64,000 nucleotides of DNA from Vicinamibacterales bacterium. GTDB taxonomy: Bacteria > Acidobacteriota > Vicinamibacteria > Vicinamibacterales > UBA8438. The notes under the pieces were generated by a model. It was not told the DNA's origin. It did not search any database and worked only from the letters and a program-made list of their open reading frames with translations. Where the stretch lies: positions 503,497 to 567,496 of the forward strand of contig CBDBMW010000013.1 of assembly GCA_965207595.1 (NCBI GenBank). Reading direction: 5' to 3'. This document shows positions 23,380 to 32,256 of this stretch, piece after piece (position 1 is the first letter of the stretch; each line of letters opens with the position of its first letter). The translations under genes were made by a program, and so were the position numbers.

Positions 23380-26013
23380 CTACGGCCCGTCGGCCCCGAC
23401 CGCGTCCGGCGCGTCCGGCGCGTCCGGCGCGTCCGGCGCCGGCCGCTTCACCTTCATCCGGAACACGTCGCTCGTGACGACGCCGTCGACGAGGGCCGAG
23501 AACCGGTAGTCGTCCTCGGCCGCGGCGCGCACGATGCGGCGGACGGCCGGTGCGTCGTAATACTCCATGCCGCGGCCCGCCGCGTAGGTCAGCAGCTTCC
23601 GCGTGAACGTCTCGACGAACGACTCGGGCCGCCGCAGGATGGCCTCCCGGAGCTCGCCCGGCCCGTTGAACGCCGTGCCGTCCGGCAGCACGTCCGAGGC
23701 GTCGATCGGCTCGCCGCGGGGACCGCTGGCGCGCCAGCGCCCGATGGCGTCGAAGTTCTCGAGGCCGAAGCCGTAGGGGTCCATGCGGGCATGGCAGGCG
23801 GCGCACGCCGGGTTCGCCCGGTGCTGCTCCAGGCGCTCCCGGATGGAGAGGCCCTCGGCGCTGCCCGTGTCCTCGAGGTCCGGCACGTCCGGTGGCGGCG
23901 GGGGAGGAGGCGACCCGAGGAGGTTCTCGAGAATCCACTTGCCCCGCAGCACGGGCGACGTGCGGGTCGCGTAGGAGGTAACCGTCAGCAGGCTGCCGTG
24001 GCCCAGAATGCCGCGCCGCGCGTCGTCGGTCACCGCCACGCGGCGGAAGCGGTCGCCGTAGATGCCGGGGATGCCGTAGTGGCGCGCCAGCCGCTCGTTG
24101 AGGAACGTGTAGTCGGCGGTCAGCAGCTCGAGGATGCTGCGGTCCTCGGCCATGACGCTCCCGAAGAAGAGCTCCGTCTCCCGTTGCAGCGCCCGCCGCA
24201 GGTTGTCGTCGAAGTCGGGGAACGTGGGCGGGTCCGGATGGGTGTTGGCGAGGTTTCGCAGGTAGAGCCACTGGCCGGCGAAGTTCTCGACCAGGGCCGA
24301 CGCGCGCGGGTCGGCCAGCATGCGCCGCACCTGCCGCCGCAGCTCGTCCGGCGCGCCGAGCTCGCCGCGCTCGGCGACCGCGAGCAGCTCGTCGTCGGGG
24401 ATGCTGCTCCAGAGGAAGAACGACAGCCGCGAGGCGAGGTCGAGGTCCGACACTGGGTAGACGGCGCCGGCGGCCAGGTCGCTGGGCTCGGTCTCGAGGC
24501 GGAAGATGAACTGCGGGCTCGCGAGCAGGTAGCGCAGGGCGAGCTCGATACCGGACTCGAAGCCGCCGTCACGGCTGCCTGCCTCGAAGAACCCGAGGAG
24601 GCGGTCGAGCTCCGGCGCCTCCAGCGGGCGGCGGTAGGCTTGCCGGCCCAGACGCGACAGGATGGAGCGCGCGCACGCTGCGGCGTCGCCGCGGGCGGCA
24701 GAGCCCGGCGCGGCGTCGCCGGGGGCCGCATTGCGAGGTGCGGCATCGCCGGGCGCGGCGTCGCCGGGCGCAGCATCGTCCAACGACATCTCCGGGCGGC
24801 AGGTGAAGATGCGCTGCCGGCTCGGCGTGTCGTCGGGGCGCCGCGGGTCGAAGGGGCCGGCGACGAGCACGCTGTCGACGTCGGGCAGGCCCCGCCGGCT
24901 GTTGGACGAGACGTAGCTCCGCAGGAACGGCTTCGCGGTCTCCTCGGACAGCACGGTCGGCTTGCCGACGAAGGCGGCGACGATCTCGTGGCGCCCGGCC
25001 GGGATCGGCAGCCGTACCCGCATCCCCTCGTCCGCCGTGAACGCCCGGCTCACCGTCTGGCCCGGATTCTGCTCGTTGATCACCGTCGGCCGGTAGGCGT
25101 CCTCGCTGCCGACGGGGAACAGCCCGATGCGCTCGCCGTCGAGGGTCAGCTCCAGGTGGTGCTCCTCGCCGATGCCGCGAATGGTGCCTCCCGCCGTGCG
25201 CCGGAGCCGCACGCGAATCTCGTATTCCGCGTCGACGGGGAAGTGCTCCGCGACGCGGATGCCCCCGCGGGTGCCGAGCGGCAGCTCGCGCAGGTGGTAG
25301 TCCTGCGTGAGGTCCTCGGGCGTCTTGTAGGTGGTCGTCACGGTCGGGATGACGGGGCTCCCGACCGCGAGACGGCTGATCTTGCGCGCCGTCGTGACAT
25401 AGCTCTCAAGCAGCAGGGGCGAGACGCCCAGAGCATCGGCGATGTTGTCGAAGCCGAACGTCGAGTCGTCCGCCGGCAGCGCGCTCACGTCCGCGTCCAG
25501 CGCCAGCAGGTCGCGGACGGCGTTGCGGTACTCGGCGCGGTTCATGCGGTGGAGCTGCGGCCGCCCGGGGTTGGGAGCGGCGTCGGCCGCCCGGTCGAGC
25601 GAGGTCTCCAGCCACGTGGCGAACGCCCGATAGCTGTCGTCGTCCGGCCGCGGACGACGGGGCGGCGGCATGGTCCGGCTGCGGAGCTTCTGGACCACCT
25701 TCTCCCAGAGCTCCGCGTCGGCGGCGACGTGCGCCTCGCTGACCTCCACGTCGTCGAGCGACAACCCCGCCGTCAGCAGCCGGCCGTTGTGGCAGGTGAC
25801 GCAGTAGCGCCGGAGCAGCGTGCGGTACTCGGCCGCCTCGACCGACGCGGCCGCCGCGCCGGCGGTCGCGGGAGCCGCCGCTGGCGCACTGCCGGTCGCG
25901 GGAGCCGCGGCGCCGCCCACCGGCCCCTGCGCCGCGGCCACGCCGGTGAGCAGGCCGCCGGCAACCTTGGCCAGCACGAGAGCACCGATGAGCGCGTGCC
26001 GTCTGATCGTCAT
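23380..26013 (-). CDS. DUF1592/PSD-PSCyt family protein with CxxCH motif, copy 2 (no DUF1552 partner downstream)
   Basis: 877 aa from MTIRRHALIGALVLAKVAGG. About 95% identical to copy 1 apart from the signal peptide, an expanded AAPGD linker and a (PDA)n C-terminal tail. Confidence 0.85.
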   Translation of the reverse strand: MTIRRHALIGALVLAKVAGGLLTGVAAAQGPVGGAAAPATGSAPAAAPATAGAAAASVEAAEYRTLLRRYCVTCHNGRLLTAGLSLDDVEVSEAHVAADAELWEKVVQKLRSRTMPPPRRPRPDDDSYRAFATWLETSLDRAADAAPNPGRPQLHRMNRAEYRNAVRDLLALDADVSALPADDSTFGFDNIADALGVSPLLLESYVTTARKISRLAVGSPVIPTVTTTYKTPEDLTQDYHLRELPLGTRGGIRVAEHFPVDAEYEIRVRLRRTAGGTIRGIGEEHHLELTLDGERIGLFPVGSEDAYRPTVINEQNPGQTVSRAFTADEGMRVRLPIPAGRHEIVAAFVGKPTVLSEETAKPFLRSYVSSNSRRGLPDVDSVLVAGPFDPRRPDDTPSRQRIFTCRPEMSLDDAAPGDAAPGDAAPRNAAPGDAAPGSAARGDAAACARSILSRLGRQAYRRPLEAPELDRLLGFFEAGSRDGGFESGIELALRYLLASPQFIFRLETEPSDLAAGAVYPVSDLDLASRLSFFLWSSIPDDELLAVAERGELGAPDELRRQVRRMLADPRASALVENFAGQWLYLRNLANTHPDPPTFPDFDDNLRRALQRETELFFGSVMAEDRSILELLTADYTFLNERLARHYGIPGIYGDRFRRVAVTDDARRGILGHGSLLTVTSYATRTSPVLRGKWILENLLGSPPPPPPPDVPDLEDTGSAEGLSIRERLEQHRANPACAACHARMDPYGFGLENFDAIGRWRASGPRGEPIDASDVLPDGTAFNGPGELREAILRRPESFVETFTRKLLTYAAGRGMEYYDAPAVRRIVRAAAEDDYRFSALVDGVVTSDVFRMKVKRPAPDAPDAPDAPDAVGADGP
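23402..23437. repeat. Tandem 9-nt repeat (gcgtccggc x4) encoding (PDA)n at the C-terminus of DUF1592 copy 2
   Basis: Four perfect 9-nt units. Copy 1 has a single unit at the equivalent site (about 11890-11905). Confidence 0.85.
24678..24775. repeat. Imperfect 15-nt tandem repeat encoding an (AAPGD)n linker in DUF1592 copy 2
   Basis: Protein DDAAPGDAAPGDAAPRNAAPGDAAPGSAARGDAAACAR in copy 2 compares with the shorter NDAAPDAAAPGDAAPGDAAACAR in copy 1 (DNA about 13141-13195). Confidence 0.8.
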
Positions 26014-26182
26014 CGAGAGCCTCCGTTCTTCCGCCGTCCCACGTCTCTTCCGCCGACCCACGTCGCCCGCTCCGCCCGGGCTTCTTCGCGGGCGCGGTCT
26101 TCGACGACCTCGCGCCGAGCCCCAGGTTCCCATCGCGTCAACCGACAGCCGCCGGAACGTGCACGGTGCGGACCTGCATCGC

Positions 26183-27676
26183 TCACGGCGACGCTTCGGC
26201 GGACGCGGCGGGCCGCGACGAGACGGCGCCGAGCTCGCGCAGCAGGGCGGCGGAGCGGTCGCGGCGGATGACGCTGGCGGCCTGGTTGAAGCCCTGCTCG
26301 GCCAGGTCGAGCGGCGTGCGGTCGAGCTCGTCCGCGAGGTCGGTCCGGGCGCCGGCGGCGATGAGGTGCCGGATGACGCTGTCGGCGGCGCGGTAGACGG
26401 CGCCGTGCAGCGCGGTCTGCCCGTGGGCGTTCGCGCCGTCGATGTCCACGCCGTGCGCCAGGGCCAGCTCGACCGCGGCCAGGATGTCGGGCTCCGGCCG
26501 CTGGAGGCGCAGGCCCTCGGTGAAGACGACGCCGGCCGCGAGGGTGAGCGCGGTGTTGTTGGCGTAGGTAGCCAGCCGCGGGTCGGCCCCGTGCTCGGCC
26601 AGGAGCCGCATCGCCTCGTGGTCGGCGCCTCGGGCGGCCGCGGCGTAGGGCGTGGCGCCGCCCATGTTGACCTGGTTGTCGATCGCGGGGCGACCACCGG
26701 CCTGCGCGCGCGCGTCCGTCAACCGCGGCCGCGGCTCGGTCCGCGCGTTGGGGTCGGCTCCGGCCTCGAGCAGCAGGCGCATCAGGTCCAGGCTCTCCGT
26801 CGCGTGCAGGGCGGCGCCTTCGGAGACCGCGGCCGGTACCTGGGGCCGCCGCTGCAGCCCTCGCGCCGCCACCAGGTCGTGGAGCGCGGTGTTGCCCTGC
26901 GAGTCGCGGGCGGTCGGATCGGCGCCGCGCGCGAGCAGCAGCGTCGCCAGGGGATAGTGCCGGTTGGTGATCGCCATCCGCAGGAGGCTCTGCCCGTTCG
27001 GCGCTCGCGCGTCGAGGTCCGCGCCGGCCGCGAGGAGCAGCCGCGCCGCGTCGCGGGCGTCCTGGCGGACGGCGAACATCAGGGCGGTGAAGCCTCCCGT
27101 CGAGGCGGCGTCCACCGCGGCGCCTCCCTCGAGCAGCACGTTCATGACCGGCACGTGGTTCTCGGCCGCCGCCCACATCAGCGGAGTCTGGCCGCGCCAC
27201 GTGTCCGCCGCGTCGAGGTCCGCGCCGCGGGACAGGAGCGCCCGCACCGCCGCCACGTCTCCCGTGCGCGCGCAGGTCAGCAGCGGCGCCTCGCCCCGGG
27301 GAGCGAGTCCGGGGTCGGCCCCGGCGTCGAGCAGCACCGTCACCAGCGCCGCGCCGGCGCCCCCGCAGGCGAGCCCGAGCGGCGTTGCGCCGTTGCGGTT
27401 GACGACGTCGGGATCCGCGCCCGCGTCGAGCAGCGCCTCCGCCAGCTCGGCGTCATCCCGGTAGACGGCCCAGTGGAGCGCCGTCGTGCCGTCGACCGCC
27501 GCCGCGTCGACTTCGACCGCCTCGGCGAGCAGGCGTGCGACCGCCTCCCGATCGCCGGCCCGCGCCGCATCAGGCAGCCGGGAGTCGTTTGCCGCCACGG
27601 CGAACAGTGGGGCGGCCTGCACGAGAGAGAAGAGAAGGGCGGCAAAGCACGCCGCCCCCCGTCGTCGAAGCACCAT
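26183..27676 (-). CDS. Secreted ankyrin-repeat protein, copy 2
   Basis: 497 aa from MVLRRRGAACFAALLFSLVQAAPLFAVA (signal peptide), with ankyrin repeats throughout. Roughly 60% identical by eye to copy 1, with a shared C-terminal LDLAEQGFNQ.ASVIRRD motif. Confidence 0.85.
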   Translation of the reverse strand: MVLRRRGAACFAALLFSLVQAAPLFAVAANDSRLPDAARAGDREAVARLLAEAVEVDAAAVDGTTALHWAVYRDDAELAEALLDAGADPDVVNRNGATPLGLACGGAGAALVTVLLDAGADPGLAPRGEAPLLTCARTGDVAAVRALLSRGADLDAADTWRGQTPLMWAAAENHVPVMNVLLEGGAAVDAASTGGFTALMFAVRQDARDAARLLLAAGADLDARAPNGQSLLRMAITNRHYPLATLLLARGADPTARDSQGNTALHDLVAARGLQRRPQVPAAVSEGAALHATESLDLMRLLLEAGADPNARTEPRPRLTDARAQAGGRPAIDNQVNMGGATPYAAAARGADHEAMRLLAEHGADPRLATYANNTALTLAAGVVFTEGLRLQRPEPDILAAVELALAHGVDIDGANAHGQTALHGAVYRAADSVIRHLIAAGARTDLADELDRTPLDLAEQGFNQAASVIRRDRSAALLRELGAVSSRPAASAEASP

Positions 27677-27693
27677 GGTCGGCTCCCGCAGAC

Positions 27694-29862
27694 CTACGGC
27701 GCCAGCGGATGCGGGCGGACCTGGAAGCGGACGATCTCGCTCGTCATGCCCTTGCCGCCCTCGTTGTGCCAGTTGGCGATGGTGTCGTTGCTGGCCCACA
27801 CACCCCGGCCCTTCCAGCCGGCGTCCGGATCGTCGATCCGCCCGTCGAGCCCGCGCGTGTAGAACCCGAGCGGGTAGGGGACGCGCAGCGTCAGCATCTC
27901 GCCGGTCTCCGGGACCAGCGCGATCAGCGAGTCGGACGTCGTGCCGTTGACCAGCGGCACGTTGGCCCCGAGGCCGAGCGTGTCGAACTGGTCTACCCAC
28001 ATGTAGTAGTGGAAGTCGGCGCTCCCCGCCGCCGAGACGCCGGCCATCTGCGGGCCGGGGGTCGGATAGAGCGTCCACCCCTCGGGGCAGTGCTGCCCGG
28101 TGGCGTCCGGCCCATTGAGCACGGCGCACCGGCTGCGGTCGAAGCTGGCAAGGTGACCGCTGCCGCCCAGCGCCGTCCAGATGAGGCCGTTGCGGTCGAC
28201 GTCGATCCCGCGCGGTCCGTGTCCCCACTGCTCGGGCGGCACGGCGTCGGTCTCGAACGGCGGCTCGTAGACCTCGGCGAGGCACGTCTCGGGATCGAGG
28301 CGCACGAGCTGGCCGGGGACCGGGTTCGGGTACGGCCGCGCCACCCACACGGAGCCGTCCACGGGGTTCGGGATGATGCCGTAGGCGAAGCCGTTGATGC
28401 GCGTGTCCTTCGCCGGGTCGGGCGCCTCGCCCGGCTCGACGTAGGCGCCGGCCCGGCCGTCGCCGTTGGTGTCCAGGATCGTCGGGCACCAGCCCTGCGA
28501 GGCCTGCTCGTTGGCCGTCTCGTCGTAGAGGCGGGTGTTGATCCAGCCCACGACGTTGCTGTCGCCGCTGATCCACAGCGTGTCGTCGGCATCCTCGGCG
28601 AACTGCAGGTGGTGCGTGTCGAAGCAGGTGTCGATGAGGACGAACTCCTCCTGCTCGGGGTCGTAGAAGGACATCTGCCGCCCCGCGCGCTGGAGCGGGA
28701 ACCGCTCGACGGAGGGGTGATCCGACTCCCGGCACCACGACGGGTTCTCGCGGGGCCGGATGGTCGACGTCATCCAGACGCGTCCGCGGGCGTCCATCAT
28801 CGGGTTGTGCGGATTGGCGGGGCCGGTCCGCTCGACGACCTCGTCACCCCAGTAGGGCGACGGCACCGGGGCGACCGTCGGGGCTCCGTAGCCGGTGCCG
28901 CGGCGGTCCATCGGGGTCCGGGTCGGGATGTCGAGCTCGAACGCCAGGTGGCGGACCGGATCCGCGACGGCGAGCTTGCCCAGCATGTCGACCCCGTAGA
29001 CGGGTCCGTTGGCGTTGACCGTCGGGTTGCGCTTGTCGGTCGTGATCTCGTCGTGGATGAAGCCGCGCTCGCTCGACCAGCCCCACTGCGTCAGCACCAC
29101 GTTGCGCTCGGCGCCCGCCGGCCGCGGCGGCACGGGCGGCACCGCGCCGTCCATGATCCGGTCCGTCCAGGTCGCGAACGCCTGGAGCGACCGCTCCCGG
29201 CCCATGCGGTCGATCCCGGCGTTCATTCCGGCCCCCGTAGCGCCGATCAGCACGCGCTGCTCCCAGGCGTGGAGCGTCGAGTCGTAGTCGTCGAGGTTGG
29301 GTACCTCGCGGGTCGCGAGGTTGCCCATCTGGTGGCAGAGCTGACAGCCGTCCTTCAGGCGGTCGACCCACTCCGCCTGGTTGCGCATCTGGCGGCTGAT
29401 GCCGTTGCCGCGCGGGCCGGTGCCCGGGAACTCGGCCACGTCCGGCACTTCCAGCAACGCGTACCAGTAGTTCGCGGGGTAGATGGCCGCGGCGTCGCGC
29501 GGGTCGGCGGCGACGGCCGGAGCCAGCTCGACGTCGTCGCCCGGCCGCGCGCCGACCGGAGTGGAGTCGATCAGGCCGTAGCCGCGGGACCAGACCTCGT
29601 AGTCGGCGTCCGGCAGGTCGGGGACCAGGAACCGGCCGTCGTCGCCGGTGACGACGATCTTGCGGAACACCGTTTCCAGATCGGAGGTGGCGGCGATGAC
29701 CCAGACCCCGGCTTCCGGTCCGGCCTCGCTCCGGACGATGCCGCGGATCACGCCGTCGTCGCCGGCCGCGGGAAGGGTCGCCCCGCCCAGCCACAGCACG
29801 CCGGCGGCCGCCGCGAGCGCCGCTCCGGCCAGCCACGTTCGCCGCACGATTGAGCTTCTCAC
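27694..29862 (-). CDS. CarboxypepD_reg-like domain + CxxCH haem-c motif + beta-propeller-like secreted protein
   Basis: 722 aa from a GTG preceded by GGAGGGAGG. It has a signal/TM segment (RRTWLAGAALAAAAGVLWLGG) and GVIRGIVRSEAGPEAGVWVIA...DDGRFLVPDLPDADYEV (CarboxypepD_reg). CQLCHQMGN supplies the haem-c motif, and repeated G..GIDVDRNGLIWTA-type blades follow. The stop lies 17 nt upstream of ankyrin copy 2. Confidence 0.7.
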   Translation of the reverse strand: MRSSIVRRTWLAGAALAAAAGVLWLGGATLPAAGDDGVIRGIVRSEAGPEAGVWVIAATSDLETVFRKIVVTGDDGRFLVPDLPDADYEVWSRGYGLIDSTPVGARPGDDVELAPAVAADPRDAAAIYPANYWYALLEVPDVAEFPGTGPRGNGISRQMRNQAEWVDRLKDGCQLCHQMGNLATREVPNLDDYDSTLHAWEQRVLIGATGAGMNAGIDRMGRERSLQAFATWTDRIMDGAVPPVPPRPAGAERNVVLTQWGWSSERGFIHDEITTDKRNPTVNANGPVYGVDMLGKLAVADPVRHLAFELDIPTRTPMDRRGTGYGAPTVAPVPSPYWGDEVVERTGPANPHNPMMDARGRVWMTSTIRPRENPSWCRESDHPSVERFPLQRAGRQMSFYDPEQEEFVLIDTCFDTHHLQFAEDADDTLWISGDSNVVGWINTRLYDETANEQASQGWCPTILDTNGDGRAGAYVEPGEAPDPAKDTRINGFAYGIIPNPVDGSVWVARPYPNPVPGQLVRLDPETCLAEVYEPPFETDAVPPEQWGHGPRGIDVDRNGLIWTALGGSGHLASFDRSRCAVLNGPDATGQHCPEGWTLYPTPGPQMAGVSAAGSADFHYYMWVDQFDTLGLGANVPLVNGTTSDSLIALVPETGEMLTLRVPYPLGFYTRGLDGRIDDPDAGWKGRGVWASNDTIANWHNEGGKGMTSEIVRFQVRPHPLAP

Positions 29863-29938
29863 TGTCGCCTCCCTCCGTCCCGAGCCCGGGAACTCCGACC
29901 TCGTGTCGCACGCCGGAGCCGCCGATTGTTCGTGAAGG

Positions 29939-32161
29939 GTGTATAACATGGATCGGCGGCTGGACGAACTGCCCGGCGACATGATGGCGAGACTCATCCG
30001 CGGCGCGCGGTTCGCCGCCCTCACGTGGGGGCTGGCGAGCCTTGCGGCGGCCGCTACCGCCTACGCCCAGGACACGGTCACCTTCACCGAGGACGTCGCC
30101 CCGATTCTCGCGGCGAACTGTGCAGGGTGCCACCGCCCGGGCGGGATCGGCCCGTTCAGCCTGCTCGACTACGACGCCGCCCGCCGGCGCGCGGCGCAGA
30201 TCGCGGAAGCGACCGCGGACCGCGTGATGCCCCCCTGGAAGCCGATCGCGCCGCCGGGTGCGTTCGAGGGCGAGCGGCGACTGAGCGATGCCGAGATTGG
30301 GACGATCGGCCGCTGGGCCGCCGCGGGAGCGCCCGCGGGGCCGCCAGGGGCGCTGCCCGCGCCGCCCGACGCGGCCGCCTGGCAGCTCGGGGCGCCGGAT
30401 CTCGTGGTCTCGATGCCCGAGCCGTACCTTCTCCCGGCCGGCGAGTCGGACGTCTACCGGAAATTCGTGCTGCCGGTCCCGACGGAGGAGGAGCGCTGGG
30501 TCCGCGCGGTGGAGATCCGGCCCGGCCCCGCCAGCCCCATTCACCACGCGACGATCCGCATCGACACGACCGGTCGGGCCCGCGGGCGGGACGCCGAGGA
30601 TCCGCTTCCCGGCTACTCCGGCTTCATGGTCGAGACGGCCCGCTTCCCACCCGGCCACGTTCTCGGCTGGGCGCCCGGGCGGACGGTGACCGAGCAGTCG
30701 GACGAGCTCTCGTGGGCCCTGGCCCCCGGCTCCGACTTCGTGTTGCAGCTTCACATGCTGCCGGGAGCCGCGCCCGTCCCGGTGCAGCCGGAGGTCGGCC
30801 TGTACTTCGCCGCCGCCCCTGCCACCGTCGAGCCGGTGTCCGTCATCCTGCAGTCGATGACGATCGACATCCCGGCCGGCGAGAGCGCGCACGTCGTGCG
30901 GGATGCCTTCCGCCTGCCGGTGGCCCTCGACCTGCTGGCCATCTATCCCCATGCGCACTACCTGGGGCGCGAGGTGCGGGCGACGGCCACGCTGCCGGAC
31001 GGCACGGAGCGGATGCTGCTGCGCATCGACGACTGGGACTTCAACTGGCAGGACGAGTACCGCTACCGGACGCCGGTCCACCTGCCGGCGGGGACCCGGG
31101 TCGAGATGCACTACGTCTACGACAACTCGGCTGCCAATCGCCGCAACCCGCACGACCCCCCGCGGCGCGTCGTCTTCGGACCGCAGTCGAGCGACGAGAT
31201 GGCGCAACTGCTGCTCCAGGTGGTCCCGGCCGGACCGGAGGACCGCGAAGCGCTGACCGGCGCCCTGCGCGTCAAGTCGGCGCGGGACGAGATTCTCGGC
31301 TACCAGGCGCGGTTGCGGCGCGACCCCGAGGACCACGAGAGCCGCACCGGTCTCGCCGTCCGCTACATGGAGGTGGGGCAGGTCGCGCTGGCGGAGCAGG
31401 AGCTCCGCGAGGCCCTCCGGCTGGCTCCCGACTTTCCCGACGCGCACTACAACCTGGGCAGCGTGCTGCAGGCCCAGGGGTCGGTTCGGCAGGCCATCGG
31501 ATCCTACCGGCGCGCCATCGCGATCGACCCGACCTACAGCGAGGCGCACAACAACCTGGGGGCGCTTCTCGACACGACCGGCGACCGGGCGAACGCACTG
31601 GCGCACTACCGGCTGGCGGTCGAGTTCGGCCCCCGGGAGGCGGCGGCCCACTACAACCTCGGGCTGGCGCTGATGGCCCGCCGCCAGGCCGACGAGCCGG
31701 TCACGGAGGCGGTGGAGGCGTTTCGGCAGGCGGTCGCCCTGGACCCCGGCTACGCGGTGGCCCGCGCCAGCCTCGGCGCCGCGTTGCTCGTCGAGGGCGA
31801 TCCCGAGGCCGCCATCGCCGAGTACGAGCGGGCCGTCGCGCTCGATCCCGCCGCCCCGCGCGCCCTGGTCGAGCTGGCCTGGCTGCTGGCGACGGCGCCG
31901 GAAGGAGCGCTGCGGGACGTGGGGCGGGCGATAGCGCTGGCCGAGCGCGCCCGATCGCTCTACGGCAGCACGCACCCCGTGGTGCTCGATACGCTCGCCG
32001 CCGCGTACGCGGGGGACGGGCGCTTCGATGAGGCGATTGCGCTGGCGCGCGAGGCGGCGGCGCGCTCGAGCGAGACGGCGGGCTTCGAATCGCGCACCGC
32101 GGCAATCAACGAGCGCCTGGGCTACTACCTCGCGCACCGTCCCTACCGCATGACGCGGTGA
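29939..32161 (+). CDS. Haem-c motif / PHM-DBH-like type-II copper monooxygenase domain / TPR fusion protein
   Basis: CAGCHRPGG...MPPWKP at the N-terminus. Candidate Cu ligands follow the PHM pattern: IHHATI (HH), LQLHML (H), YPHAHYLG (HxH), VEMHYVYDN (M), together with DDWDFNWQ. The C-terminus has at least six TPR units (AHYNLG, AHNNLG ...). The start is ambiguous: 29939, or 29981/29984 just before the signal peptide MMARLIRGARFAAL. Confidence 0.7.
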   Translation: MYNMDRRLDELPGDMMARLIRGARFAALTWGLASLAAAATAYAQDTVTFTEDVAPILAANCAGCHRPGGIGPFSLLDYDAARRRAAQIAEATADRVMPPWKPIAPPGAFEGERRLSDAEIGTIGRWAAAGAPAGPPGALPAPPDAAAWQLGAPDLVVSMPEPYLLPAGESDVYRKFVLPVPTEEERWVRAVEIRPGPASPIHHATIRIDTTGRARGRDAEDPLPGYSGFMVETARFPPGHVLGWAPGRTVTEQSDELSWALAPGSDFVLQLHMLPGAAPVPVQPEVGLYFAAAPATVEPVSVILQSMTIDIPAGESAHVVRDAFRLPVALDLLAIYPHAHYLGREVRATATLPDGTERMLLRIDDWDFNWQDEYRYRTPVHLPAGTRVEMHYVYDNSAANRRNPHDPPRRVVFGPQSSDEMAQLLLQVVPAGPEDREALTGALRVKSARDEILGYQARLRRDPEDHESRTGLAVRYMEVGQVALAEQELREALRLAPDFPDAHYNLGSVLQAQGSVRQAIGSYRRAIAIDPTYSEAHNNLGALLDTTGDRANALAHYRLAVEFGPREAAAHYNLGLALMARRQADEPVTEAVEAFRQAVALDPGYAVARASLGAALLVEGDPEAAIAEYERAVALDPAAPRALVELAWLLATAPEGALRDVGRAIALAERARSLYGSTHPVVLDTLAAAYAGDGRFDEAIALAREAAARSSETAGFESRTAAINERLGYYLAHRPYRMTR

Positions 32162-32256
32162 GGGCGGCCAGGGAGGCGAGTCGCTCCGGGAGGAGCCGCA
32201 TCGGTTCGCGGGCCGGCGCCGGTGGCCGCGGCCGGCGACGGTCGAGGGGGGCAGCC

